In this document: positions 1-9,452 of the stretch, one piece after another
How the letters are laid out: each line of letters starts with the position of its first letter
How positions within the stretch are numbered: position 1 is the stretch's first letter
Assembly (NCBI GenBank): GCA_050015075.1
Contig: JBEKCB010000002.1
Span: 160,001-224,000 of the forward strand
DNA: 64,000 nucleotides
Source of the DNA: Candidatus Brocadiia bacterium
GTDB taxonomy: Bacteria > Planctomycetota > Brocadiia > CAIUPP01
Direction of reading: 5' to 3'
Notes under the pieces: generated by a model
The model's database searches: none
Seen by the model: only the letters and a program-made list of their open reading frames with translations
What the model was told of the DNA's origin: nothing
Position numbers and translations under genes: made by a program

Positions 1-71
1 TTGTCATTAACTGCTCTTACGAACTTTACACGACGCGTGCGTTTCTCAGCGGCTGGAGCTATACAGCGCCA

Positions 72-1049
72 ATGGCGGACTATACGGCATTTCTTCCAAG
101 TTTCAGTGATTTCGGGATGCTCGTATGCCGTGATTTCGAAAAGGTGCGCGCCCACGTTCCGGTGGGCGTGGGCCTGGCGTGGGCGCTGCTTTACGCAGGA
201 TGTTTTCTTCTCTCTGGTCGCGTCGGTGCCCTGCTGCGATCCGAGTCCGGACTGGATGCCCGCAGTGCCCGCCGCTGGCATGTGGTTTTCGTAACCGGCG
301 CATGCGCCGGCATCATCCGGCAAAGTAGCGCTGTGTGGAAATGGTACCGTTTATCCCACCTAGCAAATAGAATTTACATCCTCAGTACCCCCTTTGTTGA
401 CCTTGCCGCAGTGCCCATTATCGCACTGAGTGTCGCATTCTACCTCACGATCATCGTTCGGAGCGTCCGCAAAGAGCCTCTAGTGAGAGGCGAAGTCTTG
501 AAGTCAACATTTCACACGGCCTGGCCGCTTGCCTTACTCTATTCGGTCACGCCGATCATCTATCTCCTGCTGGAATGCGTGTCGGTAGTGCTTGCTCTGA
601 CACATAACAGTCAGCCCTCAGTTTTGTACGCATGGGTAGGGTGGATGGTGACGCCCATTGCTGAGACGACGATTTCAGCCTTCCAATTAGTGAGAGCACT
701 GGTCCCCGTGATAATCGTGAGCGACCAATGCGGCCTCTTGAGGGCATTCGGGCGTCTCGGGCTTTTCCTGTGGCGCTATGTTTGGCGCTACGCGGCCTTC
801 GTCCTTTGCGGCGCACTGCTTTTCAGCCTGGCAACGACCCTGGATTCTACGGGTAAGGCCGTTGGCCTGAAAAGCGGCATTCTGCCAATCTATGTTGGAT
901 TTGAGGTGCTAGGACTTGCGGCGCGCTGGGCTACGAGTGTGGTGGTGAGCGTGCTGTGCTTTAAGTTCTACCTCGCAGACGCCGGAAACGACGAGGAGGT
1001 CGCGGATAAAACGGACGCTCCGGAGGTTCAGTCGCGGACAGATGAATAG
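72..1049 (+). CDS. hypothetical multi-pass membrane protein
   Basis: 325-aa ORF with several hydrophobic segments and an acidic C-tail; visibly AT-richer than the neighbours; start uncertain. Confidence 0.55.
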   Translation: MADYTAFLPSFSDFGMLVCRDFEKVRAHVPVGVGLAWALLYAGCFLLSGRVGALLRSESGLDARSARRWHVVFVTGACAGIIRQSSAVWKWYRLSHLANRIYILSTPFVDLAAVPIIALSVAFYLTIIVRSVRKEPLVRGEVLKSTFHTAWPLALLYSVTPIIYLLLECVSVVLALTHNSQPSVLYAWVGWMVTPIAETTISAFQLVRALVPVIIVSDQCGLLRAFGRLGLFLWRYVWRYAAFVLCGALLFSLATTLDSTGKAVGLKSGILPIYVGFEVLGLAARWATSVVVSVLCFKFYLADAGNDEEVADKTDAPEVQSRTDE

Positions 1050-1098
1050 CGTCCGAAGCTTGCCGGTTGGATAGTCAAGCGACCGATGTGAATCTGCA

Positions 1099-1974
1099 TC
1101 AGAACAGCGGATTCAACGTCTTCGCCAGGGACTTCAGCTCCGCCTGCTCTTCCTTGGTGATCGGCTCGTACTTCAGGGCGGACTCGATCGCCAGGCGCAT
1201 CAGGGCTTCCTCGCCGGGGGTTACGGCGGCGGTGATCGGAAGGCTGAGCGTGAACTTTACGGCCAGCTCGGCCTCGCGCGCGTCGGAGATCGGCTGGTAC
1301 CAGCATTTCCGGAACGCCGACTTTTCCCGTTCGCCCTCCGGCCACTTCTGGCGCGCGAGCATCTTCAGCGCCAGGACCGACGCGCCCTTCGCGCGCGCTT
1401 TCTCGATCACCGCCGGGCCGAACTGGTTCCGGTGCCAGGCGGCGAAGTTGAGCGGGAAGAGGACGGAATCGAAGTCGTACCGGTCCAGCGCCGCCAGCGC
1501 CGCCTCGGTGGTGTGGGCCGAGAAGCCGATGTGCCGCACCTGCCCGGCCTCCTTGGCCTTGATGAGCCACGGCATGATGCCGCTCCTGGCGAAGGACGCG
1601 TCCACGTCCTTCTTGGCGTCGCAGAGGCCGTGGAGCTGGAAGAGGTCGAAATGATCCGTGCGCAGGCGTTTCAGCGACCGCTTGAATTCCGCTTCCGCCT
1701 TCGCCCGCGCGTGCTCGCCGCTTTTGCAGGCGAGGAAGGCGTCCTTGCGGTAAGGCTCCAGCGCCGGGCCGAGCTGCACTTCCGCGTCGCCGTAGGAGGG
1801 CGCGACGTCGAAGTAGTTGACGCCGCGTTCCACCGCCCAGGCGACGGCGCGGTTCGCTTTGCCTTGCTCAGTCTCCATCACGACGATACCGCCGAAGCCG
1901 ATGACTGAAAGTTTGATCCCGTCCCTGCCGTAGGCGCGGCGCGGCAGTGTGGCGGCGTTGCTTTTCTTGCTCAT
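1099..1974 (-). CDS. aldo/keto reductase
   Basis: LSVIGFGG, NYFDVAPSYG, K, SLKRLRTDHFDLFQLH, IGFSAH motifs; GGAG upstream. Confidence 0.9.
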   Translation of the reverse strand: MSKKSNAATLPRRAYGRDGIKLSVIGFGGIVVMETEQGKANRAVAWAVERGVNYFDVAPSYGDAEVQLGPALEPYRKDAFLACKSGEHARAKAEAEFKRSLKRLRTDHFDLFQLHGLCDAKKDVDASFARSGIMPWLIKAKEAGQVRHIGFSAHTTEAALAALDRYDFDSVLFPLNFAAWHRNQFGPAVIEKARAKGASVLALKMLARQKWPEGEREKSAFRKCWYQPISDAREAELAVKFTLSLPITAAVTPGEEALMRLAIESALKYEPITKEEQAELKSLAKTLNPLF

Positions 1975-2058
1975 GGAATCCCTCCGGTAGCGCTCCCCAA
2001 AAGCGAACGAGACGAACTGACCTTCACCCTATCACCCGTTATCGGCCGAGTCAAGACT

Positions 2059-2115
2059 GCTTGTAGTGGCGCCGTCAGGCGCTGCTCTGTATGCCCTGAC
2101 GGGTACACTACGAGC
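2059..2115. repeat. 57-bp GTAG-type palindromic extragenic repeat (REP-like), copy 1
   Basis: gcttgtagtggcgccgtcaggcgc...gccctgacgggtacactacgagc; imperfect hairpin; near-identical copy at 47854-47910. Confidence 0.8.
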
Positions 2116-2119
2116 GGCG

Positions 2120-3616
2120 CTAGTGAGTCCCGCCCATCTTGGCGAGGTATTGGCGGATCGTTTCCAGCCGCGCGGGGTCAATCGGTTCCTTCTGCGCGGA
2201 GGAGATGACGGAGTGCAATCGCTGCTGCGCCATCTGGATGCGGTTGGGTCTCTCCGGCTTGAGCAGCCAGTACCTGTACGCCGCCAGGGCGCGCCAGTAC
2301 AAAGGCTCTTCGGCATGGTGGTACTCGATGACCACGGCATCGAGGAGCGGCAGCGCCCAGGTATAGTGTTCCACCTTCTCCTTCATCAGGATCGCCGCCG
2401 CGACGGTATAGTAGGCCTTGCCCCAGCGTCCGATATACCACTCGTCATTCTTGTCATGCGACGAGCCGCGGCGGCATTTCTCCGTGAAGCGCGGGACGAC
2501 TTTCTGCGCCAGGGCTTCGGCCGGGGCCGTTCGCCCCGCCTCGGCGAGCGCGGCCAGGGTGAAGGCCAGCGTAATCATCCGCGGGTCGGTCCCCACCAGC
2601 GCGGAGAACTGCCCTTCCTCTCTCCGATAGTACTTGTCGCAACTGTCGTTCAGCGGAATGGAGTTCATATCGAGCCCGCCGAACGTCCCGCAGAGAAGGG
2701 CATCATTATACTGGGTGAGAAGGTCCGTGACGTCCGCGGCGAACACGCGCGAGCTAACCGGGGCCGCAAGGACGGCGGACACCCCGCCTTCCGCATCCTC
2801 CACCTGCCGGGCGCCGGTCCTGCACGCATAGATCCGCTGCAGCAAGGCCAGTTCCCGGGGACTCCGCAATACCCGCTTCGACGTGGTAGGCCCTACCACT
2901 CCAGTCGCGGCCTTGGCGCTCAGGTCCCCTGACCGGACGCCGAAGTACATCAGCTCGACCTCTTGCCGGTTCCATCCGAAGGTATACAGCCGCTCGCGGA
3001 AAACCATGGAGATGCCGTCGGCGGAAACCTTGGGCAGGCTGGGACGAGGCGCGTCCTTCCGTACGGTGCCGATGAAGTTGAGCTGGACGGGACGCCCGTC
3101 CATGGGCGATTTTTCAATCCGAAGCTCCTGCAGCGGTATGGAACCGTGCTCGCTCGACCAGGCCGTCAGATTGGTGGGCAGCACGAGGCCGGTCAGGCAC
3201 AGGCAGCCGCGGTCTCTCCGGACCGGATGCAGCAACACGCAGAGTCCCCTGCCGTTCGGGAATACGGACTCCTCGACGAACACGTCGAACTTGCCCTGGT
3301 AGTCGCGGGCGAAGTCAACGACCTCCGCGGGCGACATGACGAACACGCCCCAGACTTTGCCGGCGTCTATCTTCCGCTGTTGCGGAGTGTGATGTTTTTC
3401 GGCGAGGAATTCCGCGAAATACTCCAGGTGTCCCGATTCGATGGCGGACAGCGGCGACATCACCTCCGCGGGCGCGGTTTGGGAAATCACCGATTCCAGT
3501 TTGGCCGGCACCTCCACCATCTGCCGGCAGCCCGAGCAGCGGCGGCCCTTCATTCCCAGCTCATCATGGACGAGGAGAGTCCGCCCGCAATGTGGGCACT
3601 TGAACGTGACTGGCAT
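2120..3616 (-). CDS. hypothetical protein with N-terminal zinc ribbon and helical (TPR-like) C-terminus
   Basis: MPVTFKCPHCG...CSGC ribbon; GGAG RBS; promoter upstream. Confidence 0.7.
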   Translation of the reverse strand: MPVTFKCPHCGRTLLVHDELGMKGRRCSGCRQMVEVPAKLESVISQTAPAEVMSPLSAIESGHLEYFAEFLAEKHHTPQQRKIDAGKVWGVFVMSPAEVVDFARDYQGKFDVFVEESVFPNGRGLCVLLHPVRRDRGCLCLTGLVLPTNLTAWSSEHGSIPLQELRIEKSPMDGRPVQLNFIGTVRKDAPRPSLPKVSADGISMVFRERLYTFGWNRQEVELMYFGVRSGDLSAKAATGVVGPTTSKRVLRSPRELALLQRIYACRTGARQVEDAEGGVSAVLAAPVSSRVFAADVTDLLTQYNDALLCGTFGGLDMNSIPLNDSCDKYYRREEGQFSALVGTDPRMITLAFTLAALAEAGRTAPAEALAQKVVPRFTEKCRRGSSHDKNDEWYIGRWGKAYYTVAAAILMKEKVEHYTWALPLLDAVVIEYHHAEEPLYWRALAAYRYWLLKPERPNRIQMAQQRLHSVISSAQKEPIDPARLETIRQYLAKMGGTH

Positions 3617-3751
3617 GTCAATCTCCGCGCGGACCGTACACAGGGACTCCTTGCGCCACGCAGGAACTGAACCGAATTCCTGCGCCGCTTGCGCTGCCCG
3701 GAATCTGTTACGTGGTCATCCGGCAAGAGACGGTTGTCTTTCCTGAGTGAA

Positions 3752-3779
3752 ATTATACACCTGAAGCAGCCGCCGTCAA
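3752..3779 (-). promoter_or_regulatory. sigma70-type promoter TTGACG-N16-TATAAT
   Basis: minus strand, upstream of 2120..3616. Confidence 0.55.
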
Positions 3780-3822
3780 GCATTTACTGAGGCATGTTCT
3801 GAAGTTCCCGCCGGCGCGTCAT

Positions 3823-3851
3823 TTGACGGAAGCGGTCCCGGCCGTCACAAT
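3823..3851 (+). promoter_or_regulatory. sigma70-type promoter TTGACG-N17-CACAAT
   Basis: upstream of the amidase, divergent from the previous promoter. Confidence 0.45.
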
Positions 3852-3982
3852 GTGGTACTGAATGCCCGGCTGCCGCGTGAACGATTGCCCGCCGGCTTGC
3901 CTGCCGTCTGTGCGGCAGGCGGTGTGGAGGCCGGCCATAGGGCGGAGTTCGGATTGATGCTCAATCGCACAGGGAGACATAG

Positions 3983-4939
3983 ATGAGACGACTGATCGGA
4001 TGCGGTGTTCTCCTGGCTGTCCTTATCATGGCCGCCGGCTGCGTGACTCCTGAGCCGATTCAGACCGGCCACGAAATCCTGCCGGTCCCCGACCGGACGA
4101 TTTCCGTTCAACAACTGGCGCAACGGCTTGGGCTGGCCGTTGAGGAAGACACCCCCTCGATGGTCACGCTGCGCAACGGCGCGAACCGCGTGATGCTGGT
4201 TCCGGACCCGGCCGGCCAGGCTTTTGTCAACGGCATGCGCGTCGGACCTGAAGGGGGCTTTGTGCGGGTCAGAGGCATTCTTTTCGTGCCTGAGACGCTG
4301 GAGGCGGATATTCGATCTGCTCTGAGTCCGCGCCCTGCATCGGTGAGCCCGGCTCCCGCGCTCAGACCGCTTCCCGAGCGCACAAGGCCTACTTTGGCGC
4401 GCGCGTACCGCATTGTCGTTGATCCCGGTCATGGCGGAAAGGATCCCGGGACGACCAGCCGGATCGGTCTGCGGGAGAAGACGATCACTCTGCCGGTGGC
4501 CAAAGACCTGGCGCGGTTGCTGAAGGAGGATGGATTCGATGTCATCATGACACGGCAGTCCGATGTCTTCATCGAGCTGGACGAACGGGCGGCCATCGCC
4601 AACCGCTTTTCGGCGGACCTGTTTGTCAGCATTCACGCCGACGCGTGTCCCGATCCGTTCATGCGAGGGTTCACCGTCTACACCTGCCGCGATCCCTCCG
4701 CAGGCTCGCTCGGCGTCGCCACGGCGGTGGATGAGGCGCTGCACGGCGCCAGCCTCGAAGGTCTGGGAATCCGTCAAGCGAACTATCGCGTCCTCGTCCT
4801 TACCCAATGCCCCGCCATCCTGGTGGAATTGGGCTACCTGTCCAACGGCCTCGACGCCGAGATGCTCGCGGACCGCGCCAACCAGGCGCGGCTGGCCCGC
4901 TCGATCGCCGACGGAATCGCCGCATATTTCAGCCGATGA
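3983..4939 (+). CDS. N-acetylmuramoyl-L-alanine amidase (Amidase_3), putative lipoprotein
   Basis: IVVDPGHGGKDPG, EK, SIHAD, LVELGYLSN motifs; lipobox-like LIMAAGC. Confidence 0.9.
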   Translation: MRRLIGCGVLLAVLIMAAGCVTPEPIQTGHEILPVPDRTISVQQLAQRLGLAVEEDTPSMVTLRNGANRVMLVPDPAGQAFVNGMRVGPEGGFVRVRGILFVPETLEADIRSALSPRPASVSPAPALRPLPERTRPTLARAYRIVVDPGHGGKDPGTTSRIGLREKTITLPVAKDLARLLKEDGFDVIMTRQSDVFIELDERAAIANRFSADLFVSIHADACPDPFMRGFTVYTCRDPSAGSLGVATAVDEALHGASLEGLGIRQANYRVLVLTQCPAILVELGYLSNGLDAEMLADRANQARLARSIADGIAAYFSR

Positions 4940-6024
4940 GAGCCGCACCCGTGGTATGCAAGGCGCAGTCAGGCAGAACGCTGCGGTATGCGCTGCTCCT
5001 GTGCCTGCTCGCCGCTGTGCTCGTCATCGTCTTCTGCCTCCGCGGAAACCGCGCTTGGGAAGTCTTCCGCCCGGCGGCCCATCCCGTCAGCATCTCCGAG
5101 ACGCGCAGCATGCTCGGCACGTACCTGACGCTCACCGTCGTGGACGAGAGCGAGTCGAGGGCGCGGGCGGACATCGCCGCCGGCTTCGAGCGCATCGCCG
5201 AACTCGATAAGGTGATGAGCTTCCAAAGGCCGGACTCGGAACTCTCCCGGCTCAACGCGCAAGCCGGGCGCGGGCCTGTCGTGGTGTCGGAGGACCTTTA
5301 CCGGGCCGTAGAAACCGGCGTGACCTGGTGCGGCCGCACCCTGGGCACGTTCGACATCGCCGTGGGACCGCTCGTGGAACTCTGGCAAACCTGCGGCAAG
5401 TTGAACCGCCTTCCCACGGCCGAGGAATTCGCCCGAGTGAAGCTGCTCCTGGGAGCGGGCCGGATCGTCCTGAATCCCGCCGACCGCACGATTCGATTCC
5501 CGGTCGAGGGCATGCGCCTGGACCTGGGCGGCCTGAAAGGATACATCGCCGACGAGGTGACGAAGCTGCTGGTCCGTCGCGGCGTGAAGTCGGCCCTCGT
5601 CGCAATGGCCGGTGACATTCACGCCCTGGGCCGCAACCTGGGAGGCGGCCCCTGGCGCGTCGGCGTCCAGGACCCGCGCAACCCCGAAGGGATCGTCGCC
5701 ACGCTGGAGCTCGCCGACCGCAGCGTCTCCACCTCCGGCAATTATGAACGGTTCGTGGAAATCCAGGGACGGCGCTACTCGCACATCGTGGACCCGCGCA
5801 CGTGCCAGACTGCTGAGAGCGTCCCCAGCGTGACCGTCATCGGTCCCGACACCGTTACCTCGGACATCCTCTGCAAACCCATGAGCATCCTGGGAGTCCA
5901 GGACGGTCTGGCCCTGCTCGAGAAGTTCCCGCAAGCCGAGGCGCTGTTCATCACCTACGACGAAAAAGGCGAGATGCGCCTGACCCGCAGCAAAGGCTTC
6001 GCCGCGTACGAGGCGAAGCCGTAA
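4936..6024 (+). CDS. apbE: FAD:protein FMN transferase
   Basis: MLGT, SELSRLN, FDIAVGPLVELW, LDLGG-KGY, VSTSGNYE, YSHIVDPRT; ATGA overlap with the amidase; N-terminal TM. Confidence 0.9.
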   Translation: MRAAPVVCKAQSGRTLRYALLLCLLAAVLVIVFCLRGNRAWEVFRPAAHPVSISETRSMLGTYLTLTVVDESESRARADIAAGFERIAELDKVMSFQRPDSELSRLNAQAGRGPVVVSEDLYRAVETGVTWCGRTLGTFDIAVGPLVELWQTCGKLNRLPTAEEFARVKLLLGAGRIVLNPADRTIRFPVEGMRLDLGGLKGYIADEVTKLLVRRGVKSALVAMAGDIHALGRNLGGGPWRVGVQDPRNPEGIVATLELADRSVSTSGNYERFVEIQGRRYSHIVDPRTCQTAESVPSVTVIGPDTVTSDILCKPMSILGVQDGLALLEKFPQAEALFITYDEKGEMRLTRSKGFAAYEAKP

Positions 6025-6087
6025 TCACCTTTGCATAACCACGACGTCACCACAGGCACAACGGACATGAACACAACGGAGTGCCGC

Positions 6088-6201
6088 AACTTCACCACGA
6101 CGACGCGGCGGCCACGACGGAACGGCTGTTACGGCAATCCGCAATTTTGACGTTCGTTATGCGACGTTCGCCGTGCCCGTCGTGTCGTCGTTGTGAAAGT
6201 T
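6088..6201. repeat. long imperfect inverted repeat (CACGACG-rich) between convergent genes, possible bidirectional terminator
   Basis: aacttcaccacgacgacgcggcggccacgacg pairs with cgccgtgcccgtcgtgtcgtcgttgtgaaagtt; a degenerate extra arm lies near 6038-6063. Confidence 0.6.
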
Positions 6202-6231
6202 CGCCTCGTGGTGGTGGAAGGTTGCATTCCG

Positions 6232-7440
6232 CTACTTCGCGCTCCAGACGCCCGCGATCGGGGCGCCGCAGTCCGGGCAGCGGCCGTCGCGGATGTCGTT
6301 GCGCACCACGATGAACCCCTGCCGCTGGACCAGCACGCGGCCGCATTTCGGGCAGAGCGTATCCTCGCCGGCGGGCGTGGCGATGTTGCCGACGTAGACG
6401 TAACGGATGCCGGCCTCGCGCGCGATCCGCGCGGCGGTCTGGAGCGTCTCAAGCGGCGTCGGCGCGTCATCGAGCATCCGGTACATCGGGAAGAAACGCG
6501 AGAAGTGCATCGGCACGTCCGGCCCGAGATGCGCCACGTGCCACTTGCACAGATCGGCGATCATGCGCGGAGCGTCATTGCCGCCCGGCACGATGAGGTT
6601 GGTCACCTCGACCCAGACTTTTTCCTCGCGAGCGATCCGCAGCGCCGTCAGCACCGGCTCGAGCGAGCCGCCGCAGTAGCGCCGGTAGTACGACTCGTCG
6701 AAGGCCTTCACGTCAATGTTCGCGGCGTCGAGCACCTTGCAGAGTTCGCGCAGCGGCGTGGGGTTGATGTAGCCGCAGGTGACCCAGACGTTGCGGATTC
6801 CCTCCTTGTGCGCGAGGCGGGCGCAGTCGAGCATGAACTCGTAGAAGACCGTCGGCTCGGTGTAGGTGTAGGAAATCGAGCGGCAGCCGAGGCGCTTCGC
6901 CTCCGCGACGACCTGCTCCGGCGTCATCAGCCGGTACGGCGCCTCCTCGGGCAGCGCCTGGGAAATCTGCCAGTTCTGGCAGAACACGCAGCCGAGATTG
7001 CACCCGGCCGTGGCGATGGAGTACGACCGCGAGCCGGGCAGGAAATGGAAGAGCGGCTTTTTCTCGATCGGGTCGTCGTTCGCGGCCAGCAGATGGCCGT
7101 AGACCAGCGTCCGCAGGATGCCGCCGATGTTGATCCGCGCCCGGCACGAGCCGCGCTCGCCCTCGCCGAGGACGCACATCACCGGGCAGAGCGTGCACTG
7201 CACTTTGCCGCCGGGAAGCTTCTCATAGTACATCGCCTCACGCATGCTGAGGCCGGCGTGGCGAATCTCGTCGGCGGAGAGGCCGGGAACCAGGCGGCGC
7301 TCGATCCGCGCGCCCGCCGCCGCGTCCGACGACGACACGGCCGCCTCGCCGCGGAAGCCGTGGGTCACAATGGTCGCGATCAACACCAGCCCGGCGAGCA
7401 CCAGCCCCGTGACGATCCAGTTACTTCTGCGCGATTCCAT
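6232..7440 (-). CDS. amrS: AmmeMemoRadiSam system radical SAM enzyme with N-terminal signal/anchor
   Basis: CTLCPVMC...C, DPIEKKPLFHF, GCNLGCVFCQNWQISQ, YTYTEP, HFSRFFP, YVYVGN, CPKC..CPDC. Confidence 0.88.
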   Translation of the reverse strand: MESRRSNWIVTGLVLAGLVLIATIVTHGFRGEAAVSSSDAAAGARIERRLVPGLSADEIRHAGLSMREAMYYEKLPGGKVQCTLCPVMCVLGEGERGSCRARINIGGILRTLVYGHLLAANDDPIEKKPLFHFLPGSRSYSIATAGCNLGCVFCQNWQISQALPEEAPYRLMTPEQVVAEAKRLGCRSISYTYTEPTVFYEFMLDCARLAHKEGIRNVWVTCGYINPTPLRELCKVLDAANIDVKAFDESYYRRYCGGSLEPVLTALRIAREEKVWVEVTNLIVPGGNDAPRMIADLCKWHVAHLGPDVPMHFSRFFPMYRMLDDAPTPLETLQTAARIAREAGIRYVYVGNIATPAGEDTLCPKCGRVLVQRQGFIVVRNDIRDGRCPDCGAPIAGVWSAK

Positions 7441-7461
7441 GTCCTGCGATCCCTTGCATTG

Positions 7462-9267
7462 CTAAGAATACTTCGGCGTCCAATCTTTCTTCTTCGGGCA
7501 TGAGACCATGCATTCGCCGCACTCCAGGCAGCGGTTCGGCCGGACGCGGCCGAAGAGGCGATGCCGCGCGAAGAACGCCATCGCCGCGCCCGCCGGACAA
7601 AGGTATCGGCAGAAGAACCGGAACACGAGAAGCGAGGCGACGCCCAGGAAGACCAGCCACGCAATCCGCGGCGCGGCGTCGCTCCCGGCCGTCAGGAAGC
7701 CGAGCGTGAACGTGTCCGAGAACGGCTCGACGTCGCGCACTCCGGTGTTCCGCCAGATGACATAGATCAGCGGCAGGACCAGCAGCAGGCCGTACTTGAC
7801 GCGCCGCAGCCGGCGGTCCCAGGGCTCGCTGATTTCCAGCGGCGAGCGGAAGAGCCGCCCGAGCAATTCGGTGACCGCGCCGAACGGGCAGATCCACGCG
7901 CAGTACAGCCGCCCCGCCAGCAGCGCGCTGCCCAGCGCGAGCGCGGTCAGAAGATACCAGAGCGGCTGCGCGCTCAGCGAAGGCACTTTTCCTGCGGCGA
8001 TGTCCAGGATGTGAATGAGCGAGAAGAACGCCTTCAGCCCGAACCCAAGGCAGAGGACGGAGGCTGCAAGGACGAACGGCCGCAGCCGGGGCAGGCGCTG
8101 CGCCTGTCCGATCGCCGCAACGATGAAGAACGCCGGCACCGCCAGGCGCCAGGGATTGAACGGCGCGCGCTGCGCGGGCGCCTCGGCCGGCGCGCTCAGG
8201 CCTAGCACCTGCTCCGCCGCGCGGCGCGCCGTCAGCCGCACGCCGTCCATCACGGCCGACGACGTGACCGTTGCGCCGGTAATGGCGTCCAGGCCGCGGC
8301 CCGGCGACAAGGCGTCGGAATACCGCTTTCCCCGGAACTGCGCCGCGAACTCCGACGCGTAGACCTTCTCGCGGTAGCCGGGCGATTCCCGGCCCGGCAG
8401 CACGCGCACCTCCACGATCCGCCCGTCCGGGTCGAGCGCCACCGCCACCGGCACGTGCCCGCCGAACCCCTGCACTTCAGGCGCCAGGTCGCTGGAGAGA
8501 ACGATAATGCCGATCTCCCGCGACTCGGTCGAGCCGACGAAGTGCCGCACCGGCTTCTGCTCCTCGCGGAACTCCCGCGCTCCCGGCAGGAGCTGCTGGA
8601 GCAGCGCGGGCTCCGGTTTGATATCGAGAATCTCGACCTGCGCGCCCGCCGCCGGCGCGATATACGCCGCCGCCATACACAGGGAAACGAACCCGACGAC
8701 GCCGCAGGCCATGCGGCCCAGCGATTGGACGACCGGAAGGAAACTCCCGAGCGCCAGCACCAGCAGCGGCAGCGAAACCAGGCTCGTCGCGGCGAAGAAC
8801 GCGACGAAGTACGCCAGGCCGTTGAACGCGCCGCCGGCCCGCAGGGCGTCGGCCATCGCCGTGACGAACGGCGGGCAGATGTTCGCGCCCGTGAGGAAAC
8901 CCAGCAGCAGCGGAAACGTTCCGCCGCGGCCCCATCGCTTCACCGCGCGGCAGAAGGCGCTCTCCTGCGTCGTCTCGGAGACCGCGTAGAGCAGCAGCGC
9001 GGCGCCGAGCAGCGCCAGCGCGGCGGACATCGCCCACGGCGGCATCTTCGCGCCGGCCGCGCCGCCGATCCAGCCGACGAGCAGGCCCACCGCGGCATAA
9101 GCAACCAGCCGGCCGAGCAGAAACTCCCCGAGCGCCGCCGCCTGCGCGCCGAACCGCGCCTTCTCCCGCGACAGGACCACCGGCAGAAACACCGGCGCAC
9201 ACGCCGCCGCGCAGAATGGAGCCGTGGCCAGCCCGAGGAGGAACGCCCGTGAAAGCATCGCGAACAT
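7462..9267 (-). CDS. membrane electron-transfer protein: DsbD_2/TauE-like + FMN-binding + NapH/NosR-like 4Fe-4S domains
   Basis: CAAAC...GRLVAY...NICPP; DAITGATVTS flavinylation motif; CAWICPFG, CRYLCPAG, CLECGECMVSCP. Confidence 0.8.
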   Translation of the reverse strand: MFAMLSRAFLLGLATAPFCAAACAPVFLPVVLSREKARFGAQAAALGEFLLGRLVAYAAVGLLVGWIGGAAGAKMPPWAMSAALALLGAALLLYAVSETTQESAFCRAVKRWGRGGTFPLLLGFLTGANICPPFVTAMADALRAGGAFNGLAYFVAFFAATSLVSLPLLVLALGSFLPVVQSLGRMACGVVGFVSLCMAAAYIAPAAGAQVEILDIKPEPALLQQLLPGAREFREEQKPVRHFVGSTESREIGIIVLSSDLAPEVQGFGGHVPVAVALDPDGRIVEVRVLPGRESPGYREKVYASEFAAQFRGKRYSDALSPGRGLDAITGATVTSSAVMDGVRLTARRAAEQVLGLSAPAEAPAQRAPFNPWRLAVPAFFIVAAIGQAQRLPRLRPFVLAASVLCLGFGLKAFFSLIHILDIAAGKVPSLSAQPLWYLLTALALGSALLAGRLYCAWICPFGAVTELLGRLFRSPLEISEPWDRRLRRVKYGLLLVLPLIYVIWRNTGVRDVEPFSDTFTLGFLTAGSDAAPRIAWLVFLGVASLLVFRFFCRYLCPAGAAMAFFARHRLFGRVRPNRCLECGECMVSCPKKKDWTPKYS

Positions 9268-9306
9268 GACGACCGCCTGAAGGGAGCCGATTGGGTTGCT
9301 CCATCC

Positions 9307-9335
9307 ATTATATGTCAGTCACGCCCTTCTGTCCA
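9307..9335 (-). promoter_or_regulatory. sigma70-type promoter TGGACA-N17-TATAAT
   Basis: 40 nt upstream of the 9267 start. Confidence 0.6.
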
Positions 9336-9364
9336 AGCGCGCGGATAGAGTGGCGAAGAATCGC

Positions 9365-9398
9365 TTGACGGGCGTGGCCGCAGTCGTCAGAATGTGAC
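9365..9398 (+). promoter_or_regulatory. promoter TTGACG-N17-CAGAAT overlapped by palindrome GTCAGAATGTGAC
   Basis: upstream of the M55 gene; identical 13-mer at 34261-34273 on the minus strand. Confidence 0.6.
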
Positions 9399-9452
9399 CT
9401 TCGATGCCGGCCGGCGTGTGAAGAACTGTCCTATGGAAAAAGGAGGAACGCG

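Noticed and set aside
6025-6231. Possible CRISPR array or tRNA
   Set aside because: No regular repeat-spacer period and no cloverleaf; it is an inverted repeat
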